64,000 nucleotides of DNA from Octopus vulgaris (GCA_951406725.2 OX597834.1:22320001-22384000); one strand, 5' to 3'; shown: positions 26,849 through 40,876, counted from the stretch's first letter. Made by a program: numbers and translations. The notes: a model not told the origin generated them from the letters alone.

Positions 26849-28333
26849 AGTAAGTGCAAATTGCAATCAAATTCGTTAATCACAATTGTATAATTAACCA
26901 GGTCATTTGGACATCTTTAAAGCTGTTTTTTTTCTAATGATGTGATTGATTGAGATTATTTTTGACATCATCATTGTTGTTGTTGTTGTTGTTGTTGTTA
27001 CTACTTCAGTCTTTAAAAGATTAAATTAACAGATTAAATTAACTCTCATACTTATATATCAACCATCTTTCCTTTCATTCTTGATTGCTTGTTATTTGGT
27101 TACAAAATGTTTTAATCTATTGTTTTTAGCATTTCATGTGTCTCCCCCACCACCTCCAACACTTCCCTATCTGTTAATCCCACCCCTCCTGTACACACAC
27201 ATTTATCAATCTATCTACATAGGTGCAGGAGTGGCTGTGTGGTAAGAGCCTTGCTTCCCAACCACATGGTTCCAGGTTCATTCCCACTGTGTGGCACCTT
27301 GGACAAGTGTCTTCTACTATAGCCTCAGACCAACCAAAGCCTTGAGTGGATTTGGTAGACAGAAACTGAAAGAAGCCCATCATATATATAATGTGTGTGT
27401 GTGTATTGTGTTTGTGTTTGTCCTCCCACCATAGCTTGACAACCAACGTTGGTGTGTTTACATCCCTGTAAGTTAGTGGTTTGCAAAAGAGGCCGATAGA
27501 ATAAGTACTAAGCTTATAAAGAATAAGTCCTGTGGTCGATTTGTTCAACCAAATGCAGTGCTCCAGCATGGCTGCAGTCAAATGACTGAAACAAGTAAAA
27601 GAATAAAAAAGTATTTCTGTGTGTGTGTCTGTATGTATATTTATATATATATATATATATATCCTTCTTATACATATATACAATATAATTGTCCATCTAT
27701 CTCACCATCTATGTCTGTCTATACATTTATCTGTCTACCAATCCATAAACTTGTTTCTCTCTGTTTAACTCCAGATATCTTGTATCTTGGGAGGATCATT
27801 ACGCCAATAATAATAACACACACACACACGGGTTCATTATCACTTCTTTAATCCTAGTCAATCGGTTTAATATCTAACCAATTAGCTAATCAATCATTTC
27901 TTTAATGTGCTCGTTAAGCAATCAGTTGATTGTTAGTCAAAGTCCTGTCTTCGTTATTCACAATCTCTTCAGAAACTCCACATACTTCTCTAGCAATTTT
28001 ATATAACCTCCAAACACACACACACACACACTTCTCTCTATTTACCCCTCCCCCATACTTTTCTACATATCTATTACACTTCTACACACACACACACACA
28101 CTTCCCTGCATTTCCAGACTTTTCTCTATCTGTTAAGCCCCCCTCCCCCCACACACATACATTTCTGCTAGTCCCCCCACACACTCTTCTCTCTTTCTCC
28201 CCCTCTCTCCCCTTCTATTAGCACACTCCACCCCTTCCCTCTACATATTAACACCCACACGAAAAAAAAAAATTTCCATTAATATCCAACATGTATTTCC
28301 TCTGTCCCTCATCAGCTTAACTATATAACTATA

Positions 28334-28939
28334 AGGCGGCGAGCTGGGAGAAACGTTAGCACACCGGGCGAAATGCATAGCCATATTTTCTCTGCCGTAA
28401 CGTTCTGAGTTCAAATTCCGCCGAGGTCGACTTTGCCTATCAGCCTTTCTGGATCAATAAATTAAGTAGCAGTTACGCACTGTGGTCAATGTAATCGACT
28501 TAATCCGTTTGTCTGTCCTTGTTTGTCCCCTCTATATTTAGCCCCTTGTAGGCAATAAAGAAATAAGAAACGTTAGCACACCGGGCGAAATGCGTAGCCG
28601 TATTTTGTCTGTCGTTGTTTGTCCCCTCTATATTTAGCCCCTTGTGGGCAATAAAGAAATAAGAAACGTTAGCACACCGGGCGAAATGCGTAACCGTATT
28701 TCGTTTGCCGTTACGTTCTGAGTTCAAAATCCGCCGAGGTCGACTTTGCCTTTCATCCTTTCGGGGTCGATAAATTAAGTACCAGTTACGCACTGGGGTC
28801 GATGTAATCGACTTAATCCCTTTGTCTGTCCTTGTTTGTCCCCTCTATATTAGCCCCTTGTGAGCAATAAAGAAATAAGAAATTTTAGCACACCGGGCGA
28901 AATGCGTAGCCCTATTTCGTCTGCCATTATGTTCTGAGT
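28334..28939 (+). mobile_element. tRNA-derived SINE family A (Meta-domain-like core), head-to-tail multimer
   Basis: Head ggcggcgagctggcagaaacgttagc...gagttcaaattcc (B box) plus core gcctttcatcctttcggggtcgataaattaagtaccag, which resembles the MetaSINE domain. More than 20 copies or fragments occur, e.g. 476-590, 7345-7555, 21045-21250(-), 35005-35237, 51953-52180, 52516-52730, 55015-55228, 60923-61141, 63472-63945. Confidence 0.85.
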
Positions 28940-29303
28940 AAGTATGTGTATGTGGAAAGGAGGGGGCTTATAGTTATATATATTTCTTTACTACCCACAA
29001 GGGGCTAAACACAGAGGGGACAAACAAGGACAGACAAATGGATTCAGTCGATTACATCGACCCCAGTTCGTAACTGCTACTTAATTTATCGACTCCGAAA
29101 GGATGAAAGGCAAATTCCACCAAGGATGCCTTTGCCTTTCATCCTTTCAGGGTCGATAAATTAAGTACCAGTTACGCACTGGGGTCGATGTAATCGGCTT
29201 AATCCGTTTGCCTGTCCTTGTTTGTCCCCTCTGTGTCCCCTTGTGGGTAGTAAAGAAATATACATAACTATAAGCCCCCTCTTTCCACATACATATACTC
29301 ACT
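28937..29303. repeat. About 175-bp inverted repeat (SINE-A 3' half plus unique flank)
   Basis: 28937-29114 is the reverse complement of 29131-29303, with a 16-nt loop ttccaccaaggatgcc. Confidence 0.88.
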
Positions 29304-29771
29304 TGCCTGCCTAAAACCCTTCTATTAGCCTCTTGCACACACTTCTCTATCTATTTATTAGGCCTTTCCCCTCTCCGACTTCCTTCTCTATTATCACCCC
29401 ACACATGTCTATCTCCCTCTATATTAGCCCTCACTCATTTCTATTTATTGACCCCCACACTATTCTTTATCTGTTATTATTAGCCCACACAGGTTTCTTT
29501 ATCTATTTTATGCTCTTATCTTTCTATTTATCTAATTATCTATCTGTACTTGTCTATACATCTCTATCTATCTATCCATTCATCCATCCATATGTATGTA
29601 TAAACCATCACACGCACACACACACACACACACGCATACACACACACACACTGTTCTCCATGAGATAAAATACTTGACTTTATTAGTCTACACATCTCTC
29701 TCCCATTCCTCTCTCTCTCTCCTTATATATATATATATATATATATATGTATGAATAGAGAGATAGATAAA

Positions 29772-29825
<54 letters not shown>

Positions 29826-29846
29826 TATATATACGTACACACACAT

Positions 29847-29881
<35 letters not shown>

Positions 29882-29925
29882 CACACATATTTATATATAT
29901 GTGTGTGTGTGTGAATATATGTATA

Positions 29926-29979
<54 letters not shown>

Positions 29980-31555
29980 TATATGTATATATAAGCCCTC
30001 ATCCATAAGATAGATTTGTCCTTATCTGTTAGCCCACACACATTTCACTTTTGTTGTGGTCTTTCTTCTTCTTCTTCTTCTTCTTCTTCTTCTTCTTCTT
30101 CTTCTTCTTCTTCTTCTTCTTCTTCTCAAATAATGTTTAAAGCAATATACAACGTACATATTTTTTTCTTCCTTTCTTCCCCCCTTAAACTACAACTGCA
30201 ACCAAACACAACAACAACAATAATAATAATAAACATGTGTATTTGTACTCTTAACATAGAAAATATATGTTTTCTGACTTGTACCAACCATTTTCAAAAA
30301 ATTATTTTAGACATAATATCTTCATTTAGACATCTTTCTAAACAAAACAGAAAATAAAAAATTAAAAATTAAAATAAACTAACAAGTAAAACAAACATAA
30401 TCTTCCTAATGACTACTAATCATCGTTATGGCTTCTTAATTAATTACAAACTCTTGGTAAAAGCCTTTTTGTTTTTGTTTATTTTTCATCTATTTTTGTT
30501 TTAATGATTTTTTAAAAATTTATTAATTTTTTTTTTTTTTACATTAGCATCACTTAAATTCAATGACTTCTAGTGTACTTTTTCACACTTAAATCACTGT
30601 ACCTTCTTGTTAAACTATTTCCCTAGAGTTTCTTCTTACTCATATTTCATATCAGGGGGGTTTTTTTCTCTCTCCTACCCCACCCTTCAGTTTACACCAC
30701 CAACCTCAATAGTCTGTCGTAGTGTTATTCTTACAATCCATATACCCCCCCCTCTCTCTTTTTTTCTCCAGATGCTTCAACAAGAGTTTCTTATTGTTAA
30801 CACTTGATACAGCTTTCTACTTCATTTAGACTCAAAGCGCTGCAATCTGCAGCCCATTAGGGTCTTATCTTTATGTTCTTAACAGATTCTCATCCAGCTT
30901 GGCTATCTGCTCATTCTTACAGTCTTTCAAGATAACACTTTTGATATCAAGGGCCATTACCATCTTAGCTACTAAGTTTCCAATATTTGAAGGGTGGCCC
31001 CTAGGTGGGAGTGTGGCAGTCATTAATGTTGGGTGGGTGGGCTGAATAAAAATTCGTTGTCCCCTGTTATTCTGGACCCTGAATCACAAAGAATCTTTCA
31101 GTTCACCTCCCAATGTTTCTTTAGCTTTTAGTACCAGTCATCATCATCATCATCATCATTTCAATGCCCACATTTCCATGCTTGCATGGGTTGGACATGT
31201 GTTGTTGAGGCAAATTTTCTGTAGTCTGGTGCCTTTCCTGCCACCAACCTTCACCTTTTTCCATTTCCATTTCCCCATGGTCTTACATATTTCCATGGAA
31301 GATTGAAGATGAATGACACTGCTCGTGTGACAGTGATGCTCATTTACAGCCATCCCATGCAGTCAAAACAAGGGTGCCTGCACACACAAACATCTATATA
31401 CAGCAGGCTTCTTTCAGTTTCTCTCTACTAATCCACTCACAGGATCAGCCTAGGACCAAAGTAGATGACACTTGTTCAAGTGCCATGCAGTGGAACTGAA
31501 CCCAAGACCATGTTGGAAAGCAGTCTTAACCACATGGCCACGTCTGCACTTGTCA

Positions 31556-31609
<54 letters not shown>

Positions 31610-32310
31610 CATCGTTTAATGCCCACCTTCTATGCTGTCATGGGTGGAGTGGTTTGGTGGGAGCTGGCCAGGCAGAAGCCTGCACCGGATGTCTGTGACT
31701 GTTTTGGCAGGATTTTAACAGCTGGGTGCCCTTCCTGACACCAACCATTCAGCAGATTGGACTATATATATATATATATATATATTGCTGCTTGGGAAGG
31801 AAGAGTAATGTTTATGTCCCTTTTTTTAGGACCTTGAGGACCAGGGGTAGAAGAAAGGAGGGTAAAAGTTCACTGCTTGCAACAAAATAGACTTCTCTAA
31901 ATGGAACTCAAGAACCTGATGGTGGTGTTAAACTGAGTGACAGCAAAGTGGACCCTTAAAAAGGTACCTAAGGATCATGTGGTGGTGTTAAACAGTGGTG
32001 ACAAAATAAGCTTACCTCTCATGTAGACCACAGTGGGGGTTTGAACTCAGAGCATGAAGATCCCAAACAAACTGCACAAGGCATCCTATCCAATGTCCCA
32101 ACAGTTCTTTTATCAGTCTAAATGGGAACCCAATTTATCTAGAAACAATAGACCCTTTTATTTTCCCCCAGACCTCATTCATTTTACAGAATCCCTGTAA
32201 CTTATGATGAAGGGTATCTGATTTTTAAAAAATGGAAATGGAATCTTTTTTAGGAAACAGAAGAGACTCTTAGTTGATAACTTAATCCATCAGCAGCATT
32301 ATCTTTATTA

Positions 32311-32347
<37 letters not shown>

Positions 32348-32669
32348 TGTTATGTCTGTTATGCCATTATACTTTTCATCGAGTAACTGAGGAACTCTGA
32401 TAGTTGCTTTCGTTTCATTTCATTTCATTATTTTTTTTTTTTCAAACAGAATCAAATCTCTCTAGATTGTCACTTAACCTTTTTACGGTGGAATTTCTTC
32501 TTTAATTACTTCTCTAAAAACATCCATCCATCCATCTCTTTCTAACCCCCCCCTGTCTATATAATATACACCCTGTTAGCTGGTTTTTCTTTTCGTTTTA
32601 ACACACACACACACACACACAATGCATACGTACATACATACACACATGTATACAAATATGTGTGTGTGT

Positions 32670-32708
<39 letters not shown>

Positions 32709-32887
32709 ACTATATGTGTATGTGTATATGTATAACTATATATGTATAAATGTGTGCATATATATATAAATTTGTGTGTGTGTGTGTGTGTGTATGTATA
32801 TAGATATATGTGTATGAATGTATATGTATGTATATATATGTATATATATGTATGTATATATATATATGTATGTATATTATATGTAGG

Positions 32888-32920
<33 letters not shown>

Positions 32921-33434
32921 GTGTGTATGTATATATATATGTATGTATATATATGTGTGTATGTATATATATATGTATGTATATATGTATGTATATATAT
33001 ATGTGTGTATGTATATATGTATGTATATATATGTATGCATATGTGTACATATGTATGTATATACGGCTCTATCTAATTGCATGCTGTCAATATCAATCTT
33101 CTCCTATGTCTGAAGGAGATCTTAATCAACATTCATCTTAGCAACAACTTCTCTAAACTTAACTTCTATGTTTACATAGGGTGGAGAGAAGGGCAACCAC
33201 CACCACCACCACCTCTTACTCCACCTCTACCTGACTACCATATCACCGCCCGCCTCCTTTTAGCAGTCCAGACTTCTTTTACGCTTAAACCACTGTGGTT
33301 ACAGTAATTCTCAGCTGTGGGCCTCATGCATCCTTCTTGTGGCCCTCGATGGTTTCCCCTCTATTAATATCTTTTATCTTTTACTTGTTTCAGTCATTTG
33401 GCTGTGGCCATGCTGGGGCACTGCCTTGAAGATT

Positions 33435-33722
33435 GTGTGGCCGATGCCAGCGCCGCCTTGATCTGGCTTCCGTGCTGGTGGCACGTAAAATGCAACAATC
33501 CGATTGTGGCCGTTGCCAGCCTCACCTGGCACCTGTGCAGGTGGCACATAAAAAGCACCCACTACACTCACAGAGTGGTTGGCGTTAGGAAGGGCATCCA
33601 GCTGTAGAAACACTGCCAGATCAGACTGGAGCCTGGTGCAGCCTCCTGGCTTCCCAGATCCCGGGTCAAACTGTCCAACTCATGCTAGCATGGAGAACGG
33701 ACGTTAAACGATGATGATGATG
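33435..33722 (+). mobile_element. Retroposon family C with (GAT)n tail, inserted into an antisense family-B SINE
   Basis: ggtggcacgtaaaa...gttggcgttaggaagggcatccagctgtagaaac...aacggacgttaaacgatgatgatg. Other copies near 17920-18165(-), 41255-41525(-), 47347-47560(-), 49095-49240, 56160-56570, 57315-57535(-), 61500-61770(-). Confidence 0.75.
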
Positions 33723-33869
33723 ATCAACCCCAGGACTTTTTTTTTTTAAAGCCTAGTACTTATTTTATTAGTCTCCTTTGCTGAGCTGCTTAGTTACTGG
33801 TACATAAACACACCAGCACCAGTTATCAAGCAGTGATGGGAGACAAGTTGAGACACATAAAGACATACA

Positions 33870-33913
<44 letters not shown>

Positions 33914-34357
33914 GGTCTTCTTTCAGTTTCCACCTACTCAATCCGCTCAGAAGGCTTTGGTCAGCCTGAATCTCTTGCCCAAGGTGTGACACAGTGGAAC
34001 TGAACTTGGAACCATGTGATTGGGAAACAAATGTCTTATCACAGCTCTTTAACTGACTTACGTTTTTCTTTTTTTTGTGCCCCCCACTCCTCGATCCAGA
34101 TTTTGGATCTGACCCGGATCGTAAAATGGTTGAGAACCACTGCTCTTTGACTGTTCTTTTTCGTATAGAGAGGGTTATTATCTAAGCACCTAACCATCAC
34201 CCGTACCCTTCAAATAGATTAAGAGATTAGGGGTGGGGATTTAACTTGTAACTTGTGCTGCTATTTATTAGGGACCCTAATTAAGAATTGATGGTAGGGG
34301 GTGTTGTTGTTAGTTCTTGTTTCTTTTCTTTTTTTCTATTGTCATTATTATTATTAC

Positions 34358-34389
<32 letters not shown>

Positions 34390-34935
34390 GAAAGTAAGAT
34401 TTTTTTTTCAAAACTTCTTTTAATGTCATGTAACTTTCTGATCTAACCTGCAATTCATTACTCTTCTGTGTGTGTGTGTGTATATATATATATGTGTGTG
34501 TGTGTGTATTTACACATGTATGCATGTATATACATAGGTATAAATATATACACACATATACATACACACTCATGTATACATGTATATACATAAATATATA
34601 CATATATATAGTGTTGTTTTTCTTTTTGCCCTTTTTTACGGCTATTTTTACTCTCAACATCTGTTTTCACTTGTTTCCTCTTGTATCACAAACTAAATAT
34701 ATATTTTATTCACGCTTCAGTCTGTTGTAGGAACTACATTAGCAATATCACTATTATTATTGTTGTTGTCGTTGTTGTTGCTACTGTTGTTGTTGTTGTT
34801 GTTTTTGCAGACAAAACCAGCAGACATGTAATCATGTAACACTTTCATACATATAAAATATCTGTCACGTACTGTTTGTGTTTGAAAACATACAACCTTT
34901 TCCTTCATTCTATTTTTCTTTACATGTCATTATAT

Positions 34936-34974
<39 letters not shown>

Positions 34975-35653
34975 GATAGATAGATAGATATAGATATATA
35001 TATAGGTGAGCTGGCAGAAACGTTAGCACGCCGGGCGAAATGCTTAGCGGTATTTCGTCTGTCGTTACGTTCTGAGTTCAAATTCCGCCGAGGTCAACTT
35101 TGCCTTTCGTCCTTTCGGGGTCGATAAATAAAGTACCAGTTTCGCACTGGGGGGGGGGTGATATAATCGACTCAATCCCTTCGTCTGTCCTTGTTTGTCC
35201 CCTCTATGTTTAGCTCCTTCTAGGCAGTAAAGAAATATATATATATATGAGGGAGAGATGCAGGCGTGGCTGTGTGGTAAGAAGCCTGCTTACCAACCAC
35301 ATGGTTTGGAGTTCAGTCCCACTGCATGGTCCATTGGGCGAGTGTCTTCTACTATAGCCTTGGGGCTGACCAAAGCCTTTGTGAGTGGATTTGCTAGGCG
35401 GAAACTAAAAGAAGCCTGTCATTATAAATGCACACGCATATGTGTGTGTCTTTGTGTCTGTGGTTGTCCCCACAATCACCGCTTGGCAACCGGTGTTGGT
35501 GTGTTTATATTCCCGTAACTCAGCAGTTCAGCAAAGGTGGCCAATAATATAAGTACTAGGCTTTTAAAAAAATAAGTCTTGAGGTTGATTTGTTTCACTA
35601 AAACTCTTCAAGGCAATGCCCCAATAGGGCCACAGTCTGATGACTGAAACAAG

Positions 35654-35697
<44 letters not shown>

Positions 35698-38414
35698 CTC
35701 AGTTATGGTTGGGAGGGTTCTAGTTGGATCGATCAACAGTACAGCCTGCTCATGAAGCTAACATGCAAGTGGCTGAGTACTTCACAGACTTGCATAAAAA
35801 TGAACAAACAAGAAATAAACAAATATGCAATATCTAAAGTGATAAATATATGTGTATGTGTGTATTAATATATATATATATATAAAGCATTCACCATGTT
35901 GGACCGCTAAAATCTACAAGTATTTTTTCATTCTCTCTCTGTTTGTTTTCTTTTATTCCTTTCTGTTGAAGAGCATATGCTCGAAATATAAAAGACTTTT
36001 TCACTTTCCCGAGCATCAAACTAATACCCCTGTTTGTTGTTCATACACCTGTTTCCATCTTTTGTTTTTCTATAAGTTTCAACTCTATAGATAGGTATAA
36101 AGATAGATAGCTTATTTTCCCCTCTAGTTCCTCACCTCTTCCCGCTATATTTACAGAAGTTTTGATGTAATTTATCATTAATATTATCATTATTATTATT
36201 CATCTTGTCAAGGAAATGGAAATTCTCCAATGTATATTTTTTTAATGTATTTTCAGCCATTTAAGTTTGTTGATTTGTTTATACTTTGATGCCAAACGTT
36301 TATTAAATAATCGTTGATGTGCCACTTCTCTAGAACTCTATCAACTAGGTTTGTGTGTGTGTATTATGCACACACACACCCAAATGCATATTTATTCAAA
36401 GATGAAGTTTCACCTTGTTTTCTATTTAGAGTTTCCTGTTAGGATTTTGTTTCTCAAAGGAAACTTCCACCATATTTGTAAAGCCAAAAGTGCTAGTATG
36501 TGTGTGTGTGTGTGTGTAGAGGATCCCTACTCCCACCCTGCTCCTACCGTCTGACAACCAGTGTTGGTTTGTTCACATCCCCCATAAATTAGCAGTTGGG
36601 TAAAAGAGACTGGCCAGATAAGTCCTGGAGGATTAAACTGTTCATTCAACGTAAAGGCCTTTCATGGTGATTCCCCAGCATGGCCACAGTCAAGTAACAG
36701 AAACAAGTAAAAAACAGAAGATTCAATTATATATAGGCGCAGGAGTGGCTGTGTGGTAAGTAGCTTGCTTACCAACCACATGGTTCTGGGTTCAGTCCCA
36801 CTGCATGGCACCTTGGGCAAGTGTCTTCTATAGCCTTGGGCCGACCAAAGCCTTGTGAGTGGATTTGGTAGACGGAAACTGAAAGAAGCCCGTTGTATAT
36901 ATGTATATATATGTGTGCGTGTATGTTTGTGTGTCTGTGTTTGTCCCCCTAGCATTGCTTGACAACCGATGCTGGTGTGTTTATGTCCCCTTCACTTAGC
37001 GGTTTGGCAAAAGAGACCGATAGAATAAATACTGGGCTTACAAAGAATAAGTCCCGGGGTCGAGTTGCTCAATTAAAGGTGGTGCTCCAGCATGGCCGCA
37101 GTCAAATGACTAAAACAAGTAAAAGAGTAAACCAATTTATAATGCTGTCTGTTAAAGTTATCAACCATTCTCAGCACCTTCCACTGGTTCAATTCTGCAT
37201 AAAGATGGTGTTGTTTAACTCCAGGTCTTTTGTCATCCACTGTTACATGTGATCAAAAGACTATTCCCACCATGACAAACCTGTCTTTACCCAGACCCTA
37301 AACATCCTTCTTCAGTACTTTTTGGTTATCTCACCCCCATTAAAAAATTGGATTACCTCCCAACTAAAAAATCGAGTTAATATGGCAACAAGAAATTCAA
37401 CTAAAACAGATCCCTTAGATTCAATACTTCAACACATTGTTGACATTTGGCCACCTCAATAGGCAGGGGAGGATTTGTCAGATTCAATAAGAGGTTTAAT
37501 TTCTTCAGTTTTCATGTTTATTAATTTTTCATTTTTTTTTTTTTTGTTGTTGCTTTAATTGAGGATTAAATAATTTTTATATAAATAAAATTCGTTTTGC
37601 GGACAGACAAATGTCAGTCCACTTTTTAATAGGGTTGAGATAACCAAAAAGTACCCCTTCTTTCTCTAACGTAGTAAGATAGGATTTGAAGGTGGGGTTG
37701 GGGTTGACTGCTATTTCTAGCAAGCAGGGTGACTCTTGTGAAGGTATCTTCCTTAATCCACTTTACTATGATCAAAAGCCATTCCCACCATAACACTGAC
37801 ACTTATCCAGACACTAAATGCCCTTCTTTTTCTAATGTAAGTAAGATGTGATTTCAAGGAAGGGAGGCAGGGTCGACTGCTATTTCTAGCAAGCAGGGTG
37901 GCCCCTGTGAAGGTATCTTCATTAGTTTGTGCATTGTAGGTGTTGTAGAATTAGGTCAAATGGTCTCTCCTTTCTTTATCCAAACAAACTTACATGCCAG
38001 CATCAAATTTACACCACCTCCCCTCACTGTTATCTTCTTCACCGTTCCACTCAGTAGCTTACCATTTCTTCATTTATTGCTCCATCAGGAATTAGTTCAA
38101 TGTATACATACATATATATATATATATATACATACATACATATATATATATATAAATACCTGGCTTTTATATTAGTGTCTTCCCCCCTCTCTCTCTCTCC
38201 CTTTCTCTGTCTTGCCCCTCACACCATTACTCCTCCTTTCTCTTTAGTTGTTATTACCATTGCCATGTTACAATGTTTATAAACCAAACTTGACTGGTAT
38301 TTCAAATGGCTAGTTAACCATGCCTCGCTCCCCCCCCCGCCCAAACACCTCCTGTAACATAAAAACTGATGTACAAGATTTGGTACAAGCAGGGCCTGGA
38401 GGCAAGGCTTCCTT

Positions 38415-38457
<43 letters not shown>

Positions 38458-39180
38458 GCATCCCCTACACACACACACACACACAGGTACATACATCATT
38501 ATCATCATCAATTTATTGTCCACTTTGTCACACTTGAATGGGTCACACAGAATTCATTGAGGCAACCCAATGGCTAGACATGTCTTTCATGGTAACAAAA
38601 TGGTTAAATAGAAATTGTAAGTGGATCCTTGTCTGCCTTTTACAGAATGGCAAACATTTGAACCAGACCATCTGGATCCCTACATCCCAACTTATAATTT
38701 TATTAACCCTTTAGCATTTGAACTGGCCATGTCCAACCAAAATATTCTACTCGTTTTATGTAGAAAGTAGCCATATATATAGGCGTAGGAGTGGCTGTGA
38801 GGTAAGTAGCTTGCTTTCGAACCACATGGTTCCAGGGTCAGTCCCACTGCTGTATGTGTGTGTGTGTATGCTTGTGTTTGTCCCCGCCCCCAACATCACT
38901 TGGCAACCGATGCTGGTGTGTTTATGTCTCCGTAACTTAGCAGTTTGGCAAAAGAGACCAATGGAACAAGTTCCAGGCTTACAAAGAATAAGTCCTGGGT
39001 GTCGATTTGCTTGACTAAAGGCGGTGCTCCAGCATGGCCACAGTCAAATGACTGAAACAAGTAAAACGAGAGAGATCTTGACCTCCCACACCAACCTTTA
39101 CTATGTCATTCTAAAAATTAACAGTTACCTCATCGAAATCTCGGGGCAAGAATACATGAAAGCCCAGACATGTGGTGACT

Positions 39181-39423
39181 GACTTGGCAAACATCCACAA
39201 GATTATTCACCATCTTTTCAGCAACAGCCTTGGGCACCTTTTTGAATTCTAAATGTCAAACACAATCAAAAAACAGCACAGCACCCATGAGTTTCAGAAA
39301 CCTGTTTTCATGCTCAGAACTGCTGAAGTATAGAATAAACTGCCCCCATAAATTGTTAGCTGTCAAGACACTACATTCTTCAAAGCTTCCATGCTTTCTG
39401 AAATTCGCAAACGGTACACCTAA
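39181..39423 (+). mobile_element. Degenerate second copy of the same CR1 3' end
   Basis: DLANIHKIIHHLFSNSLGHLFEF*MSNT...KQHSTHEFQKPVFMLRTAEV*NKLP...FKASMLSEIRKRYT* aligns with the 42942-43205 ORF. Confidence 0.8.
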
Positions 39424-39507
39424 TGCCTTTTTGTTTTGTTGTTGTTGTTGTCGTGCACTTAAGCCCTGTATACAACAATTTCATTGTATTATATATTTAT
39501 ATTATAA

Positions 39508-39874
39508 TTAGCACTATGACCCGGCAACGCCAGGTCATAGTGCTAGTGCATGCATATACAGCTGCGTGCGTGCGCACATACACACGAGTACTGTCCAAAT
39601 CTCAGTCCAATCACATACAGCTAGCTGGCATTCAATTGCGTATCAAGTTTCAGGCATTTTGATTGGGTTTTTGATAGAAAATTGACAAAAAAGTCACTTC
39701 TATTGATTTTTTTTTTAATGGCTTTGCAGGGTGACTGGGGAAATGTAAAGATGTGCACGACCACCCTTGGACGGTTTTGAATGACCATAGAAAGTGTGAG
39801 CCCTCTAACTGAAAAATTGTGGATTTGTATAAAGGAAACACACATAGACATTTTGCTGTTTATATATATAGAGA
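39508..39874 (-). mobile_element. Non-autonomous Helitron-like element
   Basis: The minus strand starts A|TC(TCTATATATA...) and ends CTAA|T (CTRR). A terminal hairpin tagcactatgacc-cggcaacgcca-ggtcatagtgcta is present, and no TSD is seen. Confidence 0.65.
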
Positions 39875-39945
39875 TGCATGATCAATTAAAAACAGTATGA
39901 ATAAAGTAGCATTACTTTTGACAGAATAATGTGAATGCTAAAAGG

Positions 39946-40169
39946 TTAACCCTTTTAATACGAACCTGTCTGTGACTGCTCATTGCCTCTATGATACAAA
40001 CTTTCTGTTTTAAAACGGTCTAGTTTAAAACTTTCCATCAAATTTTCATGTTATGTTCCTTGCACCAGCTTAAATAACAATAAAGTCATTTTACAAAGTT
40101 CTTTATTTTCAAAATTAATTGAAACAAAAGCTGTGTACTTCATCAGAAATATGATTACAAAACGGTTAA
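39946..40169 (+). mobile_element. piggyBac-like TTAA MITE (family G)
   Basis: TTAACCCTTTT...AAAACGGTTAA. Further copies at 40234-40457, about 42460-42652, 42730-43420, 43520-43725, 50977-51205 and 51305-51490, and in minus orientation near 13600-13940, 14017-14330 and 14400-14595. Confidence 0.7.
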
Positions 40170-40876
40170 GTTAAACGAATCCTTCTGTCTTTTACAGAAT
40201 GGCAAACATTCTAGTTCCCTGCCTGCCAACTTCTTAACACTTTAGATTCCAATCTCCCTGGGACAGCCCCTGCTTCTGTTATACAAATTCCTTGTTTTAA
40301 AATTATCTAAATTAAACCTGTCCATCAAAATTTCCTGTTAATTTATGTTCCAAGCACCGAGTTAATATTAACAAAGTTACTTTATTAAATTCTTCATTAT
40401 TTTCGAAACTGATTGAAACAGAGTATTACTAAAGAAATTCGGTAACAAAAGGGTTAAGTGGATGCTTCTCTGCCTTTTACAGAATGGCAAATATTTGAAC
40501 AAAAATCCTTCTGGTTCCCCATCTTGCAACTTACGAGCTTCTTAAGAATTTCTCCCCAAGAACATACGCCAAAAAACAAGGGATAAAGAAACACACAGCA
40601 GCAACAAAATAACACTTTAACATTTGTTGTTGATTAAAAAAATAAATAATGAAATAGAATATAAAAGAAATCGGCCATTACTGAAGGCTATTGAACAGAT
40701 TCCCCCCAGATTCTCTGCAGACGTCTATTTGAGTTCGTCAGTTAAGCTATTTCTGTGTAAATAAATTTCTATTTTGATTTTTTATAGTCCTGTTTATCTA
40801 ATGGAGCATGTGAGAAGATATTTATCTCTTATCCCTTGCATAATTCTCTCCTCGTCTGCAAACTATGATACAGAGG

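Larger units (their letters stand above)
38703..39949. mobile_element. Family-H TTAA MITE split by nested SINE, CR1 and Helitron insertions
   Basis: Starts ttaaccctttagcatt and ends gaatgctaaaaggttaa; the internal pieces match 13704-13881. Confidence 0.7.

Noticed and set aside
26409-26879. Recurring ORFs such as 'RQASFSFRLPNPLTR...GTEPGTMWLVSKLLTTQP' (also at 36662, 47753 and 57911)
   Set aside because: They are chance open frames in multicopy SINE-B, not a protein family.
34811-34827. Possible 17-nt microexon (tttttgcag|ACAAAACCAGCAGACAT|gtaatc)
   Set aside because: The tract is a (GTT)n microsatellite, the donor is weak, and the length is not frame-preserving on its own.
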